From Callorhinchus milii (Eukaryota), in assembly GCF_018977255.1 (NCBI RefSeq), contig NW_024704751.1, forward strand, positions 8,556,001-8,620,000: a stretch of DNA of 64,000 nt. Reading direction: 5' to 3'. The notes beneath the pieces were generated by a model. That model worked only from the letters and a program-made list of their open reading frames with translations. It had not been told where the DNA came from and ran no database searches. Shown piece after piece: positions 1 to 13,261 of this stretch. Numbering within the stretch: the first letter of the stretch is position 1; every line of letters starts with the position of its first letter. The position numbers and the translations under genes are program-made.

Positions 1-703
1 CTCAGTCGGTCTCTCACTCTCTCCGACAACAACAATGAGCTCCTTGATCAGGGCCTCATTGGGGGTGGGGGGGGGGGGGTGGGCTGGTCAGCCCTGCGGA
101 GCGTGAAGGGACCACGTTGGATCGAGAGATTTACTGGAACAATCGGCTCTCACATCCCTGGGATTCTCCAGTTTAGCCTCGGTTGAGGGCCACCTCCGTG
201 ACCCTGTGATCAGAGAGAAAGAGAGAGAGAGGGAGACCCACACTGTCAACAACACACCCTTGGGGTGTGGGTGGGGGGGTGTCATGGCCAACGATCCCCC
301 AATTAAAACGATCGCTTCACGGCTGTTTGCGGGACAGTTTGCCCTGTGTAAAAACTGGTGGTCTCGTTTGCCTACACACACACACACACACACAAAAAAC
401 AGTCGCCGCACTTCACGTTAAATCCCGTGAAGCACTTTGGGACGTCCTCCTACGTGAAAGGCACTATACAAACATTGCAAAGGTTATTATCCACACTCCC
501 GGGTCAGCCACAGCCCAGGTTGCGAGGAAAGTTAGTGAGAATTAGCGAACGAGGGGGTGGGGGAGGGAGGGAGGGAGGGAGGGAGGGAGAGCGGATGATC
601 TGAACGCTCACTGACCTGATAGTTTGAAGGTTGACCTGCAGGGTCTTGACGTCCTCTTGACGCCCTGACGACTCTCGTTTCTCTCTCTCTCTCTCTCTCT
701 CAG

Positions 704-3700
704 GTGACTTCGATCCGGATGCAAGGCATTCTGCTGCTGATCTTTGTGAAGTCCCGTCATCTGCCGTTCATCCGGGACCTGCAGACCAATTACACCCGCA
801 CGGGGATTTACGGATACTGGGTGAGCGGTTGGTCACTCCGGTCCCAGGCCGTGACAGGCCCCGGGGAATGGGTGAGATGACGTCGGGGTAACAGTGGAAC
901 TCTTCCCATCGGCAGAGAGATGGTCAAAAGTTGTGCCGTAAGCCCTCACCTCTCCTCTCAGTGCTGTCCCAACTACTTTCCTTGAACGTTACAGTCCGTC
1001 GGACCAAGGGATGTTCCGTGCGCAGCTCGGACGACAGCAACAACTTGCATTATCTCGCGTCCTCGAGCGCTTGACCATGACGGAGCAGTGCGCTGAGCGA
1101 GTGGGGTGGGGGGGGTTTGAATGAAAGCGTGCGATGGCAGGTGGCAACCCTATGTGGTATTGTGACCACCGACCACCGCCCCGCCCCTGAATCCTGACCC
1201 CCCCCCCACCCACCCACCCCCACACGCGTGTAAATTTGCTACTTCTGTGTTTCCCAGGGCAACAAAGGGGGCGTGACCATCCGCCTGTCCATCTACGGTC
1301 ACCTGGCCTGCTTCCTGAACTGCCACCTGCCGGCCCACATGGACAACGTGGACCACCGGCTCGACTCCTTCCAGCGCATCCTGGACGCCCAGCAGTTTAG
1401 CGGGGAGCAGGCGGGGGGCATTCTGGAGCACGAGTGAGTATCACCCCCACCCCCCCTCCCAACCACCCCCGCTCACCCCGGGGCCTGTGACCCACAGCCC
1501 AACCCACATCCCAACCCCAAACCCGCTCTAGCCTTCACCCCCCCAGCCTCCACTTTCTCCTTGGAGGGACGCACCGTGATGACCTAATTCTGGAAAATAT
1601 TAGGCCCACGTTGGCGAGAACCAAGGCTTGGGGGGACCACCAGAATTTGCGTTGGTCGGGTGTAACTGCTGGAGTCTAACCAGCTAAAACTACATAGCTT
1701 GCCATCGATGGTATTGTCTGGGAAGCTTTCCTGCTGCTCGGACCACCCAACTCTCATGACCCCAGTTCTCCCTGTGGTGTGTGTGTGTATGTTGTGTGTG
1801 TGCGTGTGTGTGTTGCACCCAGAGGCTGACACACAGTGAGCTGCTGTCCTGGCCTCTCCCCCAGGCTGCTGTTCTGGTTGGGGGACCTGAATTTCCGGAT
1901 CGCGGATCACGGGATGCACTTTGTCCGGGAAACGATCAGGGGCAACCGCTTCCACCTGCTGTGGGACAAGGATCAGGTGAGCTCACACGGCTAACAGTAA
2001 AGCTCCCTCTACACTGTCCATCCACGCTCCCGGGTGTTAGAGACAAACTCTTGACTGTCCAGAGCCTCGTCCTTCCTTCCGACATGAAAGGCGCTGTGTA
2101 AATGGCATCTCTTGTTGTTGCTGCTGCTGCTCTCGCGGAGTCTGCACCTGCCCAGTTGGCAAGAGCTCTATCACAGACCATCTCCTCTCTGTCCCTCAGC
2201 TCAACATGGCCAAGAAGACAGAGACCATCCTCCAGGGCTTCCAGGAAGGGGCACTGCGCTTCAAACCCACCTACAAGTTTGACCTGGGCTCCGAAAATTA
2301 CGACACCAGGTAACTAGAGAACCAGCAGCTCGAGGGGGGTGGGGGGGTGATGGGGTGGGGGGGGGAGGGAAGTCACGTGAAGGCCAAGCGCCCCTTCCAG
2401 ACTGTTCCACACCAAATCCGCGACCTTCCGCTTCTTCTTGTCCATCCCCGCCCGCTCTCTCGGCATCTTGCCTGAGCGGCAACGCTGGCAGGACCTTCAC
2501 GGGTCTATCGCAGCGACACGGAGCAAAGCTCCCTCTGCGCTGCCCGTCCGCACTCCCGGCTCAGGGGTCAACTGTTGCCCTGAGATCAGCTAAGTCAGCA
2601 CGGACCGGACTTGAGCTGCATTGCCTTAGCCCGTGTGCGCGGCTCAGCCACTGTCCACACACAGTCTGTGGGGGGCAACTCGGCAGCCAATTGCACACAG
2701 CAGTACCCCCACAAACAGTCTTGGGTCGGTGGGGGGGGGTGGTTTATTACCAGGAAAGCCCAGCCGGACTTTGCCGTGTGATTGTGCTCACGTTAAGGAA
2801 CTTACTGATCTCTCCTTTCTTCACAGCCTACAGACCACTATGGGGTTTAAGTAAGAGCAAAGTCTTCCCCCCCCCCCCACACCCCCGTCCTGTGTGTAGT
2901 TAAGAGCTGTGGGGCTGAGCTTTCATCAGCGTACGCACGCTTCAGTGTGTGGGGGCAGGGAGCCTGAACCCCACTCTCCCCAGACAGGCAGCGCTGGGGG
3001 ACGGGGCGGTGGGGGGGGGGGGGTGAGGGACGGGGCAGAGAGCCAACTGCGCTCAAGTCACCGCACCCCCGGCGTGTGCGCGCGAGACAGTGGCCAGGCC
3101 CCGAGTGCAATTGTGGCCGGTGGGGTGGGGGCGCGGGCGGAAGTGGGGGGGGTAGTGGTCAGACACGTCTCTCACGGCCATGCGAGCGTAACGCCATCCG
3201 GATGAAAACCGGCCCCGCTCTCTCTCTCTCCCCCACTCCCTCTCCCCACTCCCCACTCCCCACGTCAGATTTGCTCTAAGTGTCATAACACGTAACATCC
3301 GCTTTCGTCTGCTTCTGTGACTCGGTGTCCCAGCGCTGTTGACGCGTGTGCCCCCGCGGACTCGCCTTTCGTCTGCCGCGCGCGCGCGTGTGGCATGTGG
3401 TGTGGGTGTGGGGGTGGGGGTGGGGGTGGTGGTGGGGGGGCGCAGAGTCGGGTGAACATCCGCGTGCCGATGGCGGTGGCGGGGAGAGCTGGGCGGTGGG
3501 GTGGGGTGCGGGGGGGTGGGTGCGGGGGCGGACGTGAAGCAACCCCGGTGTGTCCTGAGCGGAGGGAACGTTCCCTTAGTTGTTGTTAACAACAACAACA
3601 ACAATAACAACAACAATAATAATAATAATCGTTGCGGTTGACACAGCGACTGAATCACGGCGTCGCCTCAAAGCGCTTCGCGGGGACACACACACCGCAC

Positions 3701-6565
3701 AGCGGAGTGACTTGTTGTGTTCCGTCGGCCAATTTGTTGTGACGTTAACCCACTGCCCCTTCGCTCTCTCCCCCCCCCCACCCCCACCCCTCCCCCTCCG
3801 CCGCGGACCTCAGCGGGAAGAAGCGGAAGCCGGCCTGGACCGACCGGATCCTCTGGAAGGTTCGGGAGCGTCCCCGGGAGGGGGCGGCCGAGGCGGACGG
3901 GCCGCGGCCGGGGGAGCCGGCGACGGTGAACCTGGAGTCGTACGGGAGCCGCATGGAGTACGGCATCAGCGACCACAAGCCCGTGGCGGGAACCTTCGGC
4001 CTCGAGGTGAGGAGCAGAGGGGAGGGATCGGCCGACAGACGGTAAACACGGACTTAACGGGACGCCGACGCCCCCCCCGTCTCCCCCCCCCCCCCGTCCC
4101 CGTTCACAGTGGGAGGCGTTATTTAAAGGGACACCGTCCCCCTCGACGTCGGACTGCGTCAGAGCTGCGGCCGGCTCCGATCCATCAGCGGGGCTCCGAC
4201 CTCGCCCTCGCGCGAATGAGCGCCGAGACGGGAGGGCGAGGGGGGTGGGGTGGAGTGGGGGGTGGGGCGGGCGGGGGAGGCTGGAGCGAGCCGTCGCGTG
4301 CGCTGGCTCTCCCTCCTCCTCCCCCTCCTCCTCCTCGTGGTCGAGAGCTGAACCGCCTTATAGGAGTGCAGCTACGGGAGGAGGCCATTCAGCCCCGCCA
4401 GCCCGTTCCGCCATTCTAACCAGGCTTTGCCCCGTGGCTCCTTGATACCCACGATCTAACAAAAATCTGTCCACCTCGGTCGTGAGGATTCGAATGGATC
4501 CGGTACTCCCAGCCTTTCAGGGGAGGGCGAGAGAGTTCCGGATTTCCATCGGCCCTTTGGGTTGGAATTTCACTGCTAAAAAGCCAGACCAGAGCGAGGG
4601 AGGGAGCGAGCGAGGGAGGGAGGGAGGGAGCCTGGGGCACGGGCGCGCTCGGGGGTGTGGTAGAGTGAACCGTAGCGGCCCTTTAACCCTTGGCCTTGTT
4701 TGCCCAGTTCGAGAAGCTGATCACGGAGCCGCTGGTGAAGCTGCAGCCGGAGGGCAGGTGGACTCCAGGCCGTGACGCCATCGTCTCCTACCGCATGTCC
4801 CAGCTCTATCCCAGCAGCACCTGGGACTGGATAGGGCTGTACAGGGTAAGCGCCCGCCTCGCTCAGATTCCCGTAGCTCAGGGGTTAGACCCCTCGCCCC
4901 GCACCCCACAGCCCCTGTAGCTCAGGGGTTAGACCCCTCGCCTCGCACCCCACAGCCCCTGTAGCTCAGGGGTTAGACCCCTCGCCTCGCACCCCACAGC
5001 CCCTGTAACTCAGGGGTTAGACCCCTCGCTCGCGCCCCACAGCCCCTGTAGCTCAGGGGTTAGACCCCTCCCCTCGCAAGCGAGAGGACTCGCGTTCGAT
5101 TCCCGGGTGGGACAGGACGGAGTGAAACCTTAGACAAGTTTCTTTACTCCACACACACACACGCACGCGCGCGCGCCTCTGTTTACCAGGCAGTAAGTAG
5201 GAAGCCAGTTGTTAGTTGATTGACAGGTCGCTTTTCCGGGGATAAGAATTCCCTCCAAAAAAAAATTTGATCACTCAGTCCACGACTGTGTGCGGGGACG
5301 CTGCTGTGCGCAATTGGCTGCCGCGTTTCGCCCACGAATGCACAGTCGCTACGCTTTACAATATGTTCTGTGAAACGTCTCAACGCTGGGACGAGTGGAT
5401 GAGTGACTTTATCCGGAGCGCAACATGTGGGCGGGGGACGCTGTGGCTCCAGCGCTGGGGGAGTGGGGAGTGGGGGGGGGGGGTTGTTGAAGGAAGGCAG
5501 CGCCGAGCTGGGTCTTGGGCTCGGAGACACTCCTCACCCCCAGGCTCCGCTCTCCTCAGGTTGGCTTCCGAGACCGGAACGACTACGTTACGTACATTTG
5601 GGTGAAGGACGACGAGCTTTTGCACAGCCAGGATACATTCCAGGTAATTACCTCCCCCCCCCCCCCACCCCCGCTCCCCCTCCCTCCGCAATCCCCCCAT
5701 TCCACAGAAGGCGCTACATCAATGCAACAAATTATGGTCAATGTGGGGTTTAACAACAGCCTTTGCCCCAGTCCGGGTGTACTGGTAAATAATAATAATA
5801 ATAATCCTCGCATTTGATACAGCGCCTTATCACGTCATCGAGACGTCTCAAAGCGCTTCACAGGATATGCTGTAAAGTGTAGTGACCGTGTGTTTTGTGG
5901 ACTGATATAAAGTGTGAGCTCCTCGCGGTGTGTTACAGGTTTACCTGAGCAGCGACTATGTGCCCACAGGCACCGGTACCTTCCTCCTCTGTTACTGCAG
6001 CAGCAACCTGGACTCCCTGGTGGGAGTCAGTGACCATTTCCAGGTAAACAGCCAGACCCTCCCGTCCCCTCATATGCCTCTCTTGCCCCCCCCCCCCCTC
6101 CCCACCGCGTAGCCATTCCTCCCCAATGACTGGGAGTGTGGACGAACAGTGTAGAAGGAGCTTTACTGTGTCTCTGACGGTAATTGATGCTCTCATTGGG
6201 AGACAGAATACTTTACACTCAAACATATGTTCACCTTATACCTTTATAAGTGGTCGGGTTGGTAGCAAGACCGGATGTTTTGTGTGTGTGTGTGTGTGTG
6301 TGTGAGTGCGACAGTGATTGTGTCTGTCTCTGTATGTGCGTGTGTCTGTGAGTGTGAATGTGTGACAGTGATTGTGTGAGTGATTGTGTGTGTCTCTGCG
6401 AATGTGTGACAGTGAATGTGTGCAGAGGGGGCATTCAGGCCCGGGTTATATAGCCGTGACGTGTCTCCCGTTTCCCATCAGATCTGCCCCGAGCCGGAGC
6501 CTGAGTTGGAGTGTGAGGCGGTGGGGATCGTGGTGGGGGAGCAGTGTGACAAGGAGCCGTGCTGA
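704..6565 (+). CDS. INPP5K: Inositol polyphosphate 5-phosphatase K (SKIP), last nine coding exons; 5' exons lie upstream of the window
   Basis: Exons 704-820, 1258-1433, 1865-1976, 2200-2309, 3814-4006, 4708-4845, 5560-5643, 5939-6043, 6482-6565 (TGA); all AG/GT and in phase. 5-phosphatase motifs [37 protein letters not shown] and SDHKPV, then a C-terminal SKICH domain (WDWIGLY). The short tail after SKICH and the neighbouring genes favour INPP5K over INPP5J. Confidence 0.93.
4873..5395 (+). mobile_element. tRNA-Ala-derived SINE with a tandemly amplified 5' head
   Basis: 44-bp units begin GTAGCTCAGGGGTTAGACCCCTC at 4873, 4917, 4961, 5005 and 5048. The last continues into the B-box (GTTCGATTCC) and the SINE body. 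Confidence 0.85.
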
Positions 6566-8733
6566 ACTGAGCGAGTTCCCGGACGCTGGGATCAGCCCCC
6601 GGGGGAGGGGGTTATGGTCAGCGAGTGGGGAAGTGCTCGTTGGCCCTCTCCCCCCCTCCCACCCCACACACACACACCCTCCTCCTCCGCGTGTTGTATC
6701 GAACAACACCTTTTACCTTTAAAACCTGCGACTGGGTTTCCCCCGGTGACGGTGGGGGCTGTGTGTTGATTCTATTCTGTAACCACTTGGTAGCTGAGGC
6801 TGAATGTTAGAGCCTTGCGCTGGGGGTGGGGGGTGGGTAGCGAGGTTAGAGATGTCTGTCGCTTTTATAGAACCCCCCCCACCCCCCATACACTCGCACA
6901 CCCACGCACATACACACCATACACATTCGTGTACACACGCATACACACACACGCCCATACACACTAAACGCATTCGGGTACACACACACACATACACGCA
7001 CACACTGATACACGACACACAGACCCCCCCCCCACCACACACACACACACACATATACCAACACACACTAATACATGCCACACGCCACACGCACACACAC
7101 ACGCTCCTTTCTAAATTTTGCTTTTCTAATTTTATAGATTTCGAAGTCATTTTAAACTGGGATTTTTAATTCTCTTGTCGACTGTCCGGGCCGTGCCTGG
7201 AGCTGTCTGTCCGTCTTGTCTGTGTCTGTCTGTCTGCCCTCGGCTCAGCCAGTTAAGTCAGTTACGTCCTGTTAAGCGAATTACTCGATTTGACCGTGAA
7301 AATGATTCAATGAACTGAACCTATTCCTACACCCAGACTAAACCCGAGAGGAGACTCTGCCCCCCCCCCCCCCACCCTCGCTGGGGTTACTCCCTGTGCT
7401 GGGTCTCACTACCCCTCGGATTGCTGACCCGCGACTGTGTGGTGCCTCTCACGCTCTGTGTATCTCTGCACACAGGTACACCGTCTGCACTTAAAAAAAA
7501 AACAACTCCCTCTCGTGTTCTGTCTGCGTGTGCGTATGTGTGTACTCTGGTCTCTGTGGATGTTCTCGTCTGTGTGCATGCTCTGTGTGCGTGTGTGTGT
7601 GTGTGTGCTACATGTGTCTCTCTCACCCTCGCCTGCTGTGCTGTGTTTATGTATATACAGTTGCATACAGTATACTTCCCACCTGTGCACTTTTCAGTGG
7701 AGAGAACAGTATTAGGCACTTTACTGCACTTCTGGGCTTTCTTCTTTTATATATATGAAAAAAAGCCCCCCCACCCCCCCCCCCCACCCCCATCTCTCTC
7801 CAGAACCACAGGTGGAGAAAGCCACTAGTTTATATTTAACCTGTTGATAACTAGTTTAGTTATTGTGAATCCTCTGTGTTAGTGTCAGCTCGGCTCAGTT
7901 TCTCACCCGCGCTCCCGCCTCAGTGTCAGAAGGTCGTGGGTTCGAGCCCCACATCGGGGGCTCTGAGCTCACGGTCCAGGCTGACCACCAGCGCGGTGCT
8001 TGGGGGGGGGGGGGGGAGAGGGAGCGCTGCATAGCCGGAGGCACTGTCCTTCGGATGAGACGTTAAACCCGGGTCCCGTCTGCCCACGCGGGTGGACGTT
8101 AAAGATGAGGCATGCTCTGTGTGTGCGCGCGCGCTGTGTATTTGCGTGTATTTGTGTGCTCTGTGTTTGTGCGCCCGCGTGCTGTGTATTTGTGTGGGTG
8201 CGCGTGTGTGTTCGGAGGAGAAGACAACGGAATTCTTCCCGCGTCCATATTCACCAGAAAAAAAAAACGTACGTCGATTGCTCTGTGGCTGATTTAATCT
8301 CAGACGTCGCTGGCGTAGATTAGCTGCCGCATTAACCTAGCAGCCGCCTCGCTGTGACAGCAACCGCCCGCGCAGCAACCAGAAGTGGATCAAAGACTTT
8401 CTTAAACGTCTTAGAGCTGCGCGTGTGCGAGTGTGCAGGAGTGCGTTGGGTGTGTAAATGTGTGCATGAGTGTGCGCGCATGTGCGAGTGTGTGTGCGCT
8501 TGCGAGCGGAAGTACTTGTGGCTGTGTGTGTGTGAGTGAGTGAGTGAGTGTGTGAGTGAGTGAGTAAGTGTGTGAGTGAGTGAGTGAGTAAGAGAGTGAG
8601 TGAGTGTGTGGTCTGAAGACTATCGGAGTGTCTTGTCACAAAGTCCTGAGGTTTCTGGCTTCTGATTTTTAACACGTTTTGTATAGAATGTCACAACGCT
8701 GTTTTGTGTTCAACCGTTTTTCCCTCAGTACAA

Positions 8734-8739
8734 AATAAA
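8734..8739 (+). terminator. Candidate polyadenylation signal of INPP5K
   Basis: First AATAAA I noticed downstream of the stop, followed by a T/GT-rich stretch. Confidence 0.5.
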
Positions 8740-9609
8740 ATCTGTCCACCATTTCTGTGTCTCGGGACTTGTGCCTGAAGTAAGTGCGCGTGGAATACGC
8801 ACTTTCTCTCTCTCTCTCTCTGGAGGGATGAACCCTACTTATCCAATTCTGGAAAGCATTAGAGGGCACAGGTTGGCAAGAGCTAAGGCATGGGGGGAAC
8901 CCAGAGTGTGCGTTGGGGTAACTGCTGGAGTCTTCACCAACTAAAAGCACACAGTTTGCCGCAGCATCTGCAGGCGGACCTGAAAGCAGAGAGGGAGGGA
9001 GGGAGGGAGGGAGGGAGGGTGGGTTTGCCCGCTGATGGTTAGCACTTGTCGTGTCAAGAGATAAAGGCTCCGTCATCAACAACCTTGTGTCGTTCACTAA
9101 GATCAAAGTGTCAGCCTGACTCGGTTCGGCTCTTCAAACCTCCAGGTCAGGCCTTGGAGCTCAAAGTCTGGACTGACGTCGCAGGGTAGCACTGGGGGGT
9201 GGGGGCGACATTGTCCAAGGTTCCGTCCTTCGGATTAAACCGAGGTCCCGTCTGCCTATTCAGGTGGCCGTCAAAGGTCCCGGGGATGGGGTGGGGCGGG
9301 TGGAGGGAGAGGGAGGTGAGCGGAGTCTCCTTGGAGCTGGAGTGGCCCCGAGGTGTCATACTCCGAATCAACATCCTCACGATGAGGAGGTTGCCGTCTA
9401 ATATTAATTGTTGGTCCTGGCTGACGATCTCCCCGATAACACCGGTCACTCGCTTTGTGGCCACAGACACACAGCCACACGGCGTCGGCAGCAGATTTGT
9501 GGGACGGAGCGTGTGGTGATCGTCTCTGGGTCACCTGCGGGATTGTAATCAATAAACCTCACCCAGACACCCAGCGCCACTTCCACCCTCCACAGCCTGG
9601 AGGGAAAGA

Positions 9610-9638
9610 GAAAGTGAAAGAGAGATAGAAACTGAAAG
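9610..9638 (+). promoter_or_regulatory. Tandem ISRE/IRF elements upstream of XAF1
   Basis: GAAAGTGAAAG (9610-9620) and GAAACTGAAAG (9628-9638). They lie ~100 bp before a donor CCAG|GTGAGA (9734), the likely end of non-coding exon 1. Confidence 0.7.
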
Positions 9639-9764
9639 GGAGGGAACAAACACCCACACAGAGCCTGGCAGAGCCTGACAGACAGACAGACACACAGACA
9701 CACAAACAGGCAGACAGACAGAGTTGAGCTCCAGGTGAGAACCGGGGAGGTTTCCGCAACAGGC

Positions 9765-10030
9765 TATGTGACCCTATCACCCCAACCCTCGCCCGGCTCC
9801 ACTGTCTCTCCACCCCCCAGAGGATAAAGTTCAAATTCCTTGATCTCACTTTCAAAGCCTTCCAGGGCCTTTCTCCTCCCTACTCCTCAGACCTACGTCT
9901 AACTCCACACCAACCTGTCCGTTCCCTCTGCTCAGTGGGCTCCACATCTACCATTGCTGGGTGGGTCTTCAGCCTCTGTGTCCCCACCCTCTGGAGCTCC
10001 ATCCCACGGTCCCTTTGCCTCCATCCTGAA
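9765..10030 (+). mobile_element. Degenerate L2-clade LINE ORF2 C-terminal fragment
   Basis: Frameshifted translation ITPTLARLHCL..RIKFKFLDLTFKAFQGLSPPY..VRSL resembles the L2 ORF2 C-terminus. Confidence 0.6.
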
Positions 10031-10227
10031 AATTGTTGGTGTTTTGAGCAGTGAGTGAGCGGCAGGCAGGGTGAGCGGTGAGTGTGAGCGGCAGTGAGTG
10101 TGAGCGGCAGGCAGGGTGAGCGGCAGGCAGGGTGAGCGGTGAGCGTGAGCAGCAGTGAGTGTGAGCACATTATTCTTGACAGTAGGTTCTCACTCTTCTG
10201 AACGATTTTCCTGTTTCCCCCAGAACG

Positions 10228-13062
10228 ATGGAGGAGTCGGAGGAGGAAAGAGTCTGTGGCAACTGGTAGGAAAGAAGAACATCACAACCCAACCCCATCC
10301 TCCCTCTCTCCCTCCCTCCCTCCATCTCCCTCTCTCTCTCTGTTTCCCTCTCTCTTTCTACCTAATTCCGGAGAGTATTAGGCCACAGGTTGGCAAGAAC
10401 CAAGGCTTGGGGATCCCAGAGTGTGCGTTGGGGTAACTGCTGGAATCTCTCTGCGTCTCTCGCACTTTTGCTCTCTGTCTGTCCGTCTGTCTCTCTGACA
10501 CACTCTCTTCCCTCTCTCACTCTCTCCATCTCTTTTCTCTGAAACCTCCAGCCACAGATCTGTGAAGAAATCCACTTACACCATCCACGATGCTCACTGC
10601 ACGCGATTCATCGAACTCTGCCCCCAGTGTAAGGAGCCTGTGCCCCGGGTGGAAATGAAGGAGCACAGAGAAGAGCAACACAGTCAGGTCATTGTCTTGG
10701 CGGGTAGTGTGATGGGGGGATTGTATGATGATGGAGGGGCAGTGTGAGGGGAAGGGCCTGTTGTCCATTGTGTAATGGCTGTTCTCTGTGCTCAGGTTCA
10801 CTGTCCCCTGTGTCACTCAATGATGGAAAAGTGCAAACTGGAGATACACCAGGTTTGTAATCTGAGTGGGGGGAGAGAGGGCGAGGGTTGGGGGCGAGGC
10901 TGAGGCAGGGGCTGGGCAGTGGAGTGGCAAATGTGGCTCTGGGATCTGGGTGTGGGGGTCAGGGTTGTTGGTATGGTCAGTGTATGGAGTGGTGACTGGG
11001 TCTTTGTCTGGAGTCAAGGGTCGGGGTTATGCTTGGGGTCAGGGGGCTGTGTTTGATGTCAGTCGGTTATGTTTCGGGGTCAGGGTTGTGGGGACGGTCG
11101 GTGTATGGGGTTAGGGGCCTATGGTTGTGACTGGGCCTGTGCCTGGGGTCAAGGGTTGTGTTTGAGTCAAGTTCAGGGTGTGTGTCCACGCTGACCATGT
11201 ACCCACAGAGTGAGCAGTGTGAGGAGAGGCAGGTGAGCTGCCAGTACTGTGAGCTGGAGCAGCCCCACCGGGTGCTGAGGAAGCACGAGGAGGTGTGCGG
11301 GAGCCGGACTGAGCGTTGCCAGGACTGCAACAGCTACATCATGTACAAGAAGCTCCAAACACACAAAGACACGTGTGGCCAGAGGCCGAGCCTGGCACAA
11401 GGTAGGACCTCACCTCAGCACTGGGAGAGCAGGAGATGGGAGGGCGGACAATTTCCAACCATTTCCTCTGGAATGCTCCTTGAATCCGTCTCTTTCGCTC
11501 CCTCCCTCTCCCTCCCAATCCCTCCCTCTGCTTAGCGCTTCGAAACACCTTCCCAATGTAAAAGGCGCTGCAAAATTGTATTCACTGACAAATTGGACAA
11601 TTTAGTTGGCTTGTGTTCATAGAAACGTAGAAACAGGAGGAGGCCATTCAGCCTCTCGAGCCTGTTCAGCCACTCTGTAAGATCATGGCTGATCTGTACC
11701 TCAAGTCCAATTACCCGCCCTTGCCCTGTATCCCTTAATATCCTGACCTAACAAACATCTATCCACCTCAGCTCCTCATTATCTCTGTGTTCATCTACGA
11801 CAGGAGACAACTCTGAGATTCGGAATGAATCCTGGACGAGGAGCATCCCCGAGGATCTTTTGCTGCAGGACCAGGTCAGTGATGTTTCGAGCTCTGCCAG
11901 TGAGGTGCAGGTCGATAGACTGGATCCACCTGTTGGTGGGCCAAACCCAGAGGGTATCAATTGGGTGTAAGTTAGCCAGAGCATCTCATTAGGAATCCCA
12001 GAGAAACCCGATCACACAGAGGCTGGTGAGGGTGTGGAACTCACTGCCGGAAGCTGCGTTTGAAGCAAAACCCATCAATGTGTTTAAGAGGAAACTAATG
12101 CAGACGTGAGAGAGAGGGGAATAGAGCATTATACAACAACAACTAATTACATTTACACAGCACCTTTCTCGTCGGGAGGATATCCCAAGGCGCTGGACAG
12201 TCAGGAATTTGGACCCGAGCTGGAGGTACAGATGAACCATGGGTTCAGGAGGGGTGGGAGGCAAGGGAGGGTGGGGGGGTAGGAGGGTGACCGAAGGGGT
12301 GGTCGACAAGGAGGGACTTGAGACGGGCCTAGAAGGAGGGGTGGAGTATAAACACTGACATGGACTAATTTGGTCAATGATCACTGGGAAGCACTGTGAA
12401 AGGCGGTTGAGATTCAGTCACAATAAGTACTGTAAGAGATTGGAAGATTCGAATTTCCCCCTCTCCTCCCCACTGTGTGACTCTCTCTCTCTCTCTCCCT
12501 CTCTGCCCTCATAGAGGAACGCAGGACTGTACCCCTCTCTGTTCTCGAGCCAAAGTCAGGAGGCCAACAGCTCTGGCTCTCCCCACTCTCCCCCTAGCCC
12601 CCTCGCTGCCTCCTCCTCCGCCTGGCCCTCTGCGGAACTCTTCTTCTCCTCCGCCCTCAGCTTCTCAAACAAGACCGCCCGAGTCGGAGGCGATGATATG
12701 TGTGAGATTGACTCCTGCTCAGTCTGTCACTGTGCCTTGCCGATCGAGATCCTCCATAAACACGAGGTAACGTATATTATTGTACATTATATGCAGTGCA
12801 CACAACCATCGTATTTTCTTAGTGATTATCCTCGGGGGTGGAGGTGAGGGAGGCGAGGAGGGTGGGTTGCGGAGGGGAGAGGGGAGCGGAGAGGGGGGCG
12901 CGGAGGGACGAGAGGGCAGGAGGGAGCCCCCACCTCTTCCTTCACATTCCTTTGTCTCTACTGAAGGTAAAGTGTCAGCTCTTTGCTGCCCTGCGGAACA
13001 AGAGGACGATACACGAAGGCCTGAAGGAGGACAAGTTTCGGGGTAAATATCTGTGGTTTTGA
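10228..13062 (+). CDS. XAF1: XIAP-associated factor 1 (TRAF-type zinc finger protein), ~280 aa
   Basis: Exons 10228-10265, 10552-10687, 10796-10852, 11209-11401, 11804-11874, 12515-12766, 12967-13062; all in phase. Translation [44 protein letters not shown]...[15 protein letters not shown], with C-terminal finger [20 protein letters not shown]. Adjacent to TEKT1 as in the human XAF1 locus. An alternative end (donor 13042 to exon 13629-13693) is possible. Confidence 0.88.
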
Positions 13063-13261
13063 GATGTTCTCGGTGTTTGCTGTACTGTCACAGAGGACGG
13101 CAGATTGTGTCATCAAATGAGAAGGGCAGTGAGTGAAGGCAGGAGACTGCAGTGTCGGGTTATTCCGCACTCCAGATCCTCCCACGCCAAGGTCCTTCTC
13201 GGTTAGAGAGAGGACGGCAGAGAAACAGGATGCGAAGCAAGAGCGTTAACATGGAGTCCCG

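Noticed and set aside
3580-4419. 279-aa plus-strand ORF
   Set aside because: It is GC-rich, low-complexity sequence overlapping an INPP5K exon in a different frame.
4873-5090. CRISPR-like regularly spaced repeats
   Set aside because: The units are wholly tandem with no unique spacers; the context is a eukaryotic intron with no cas genes.
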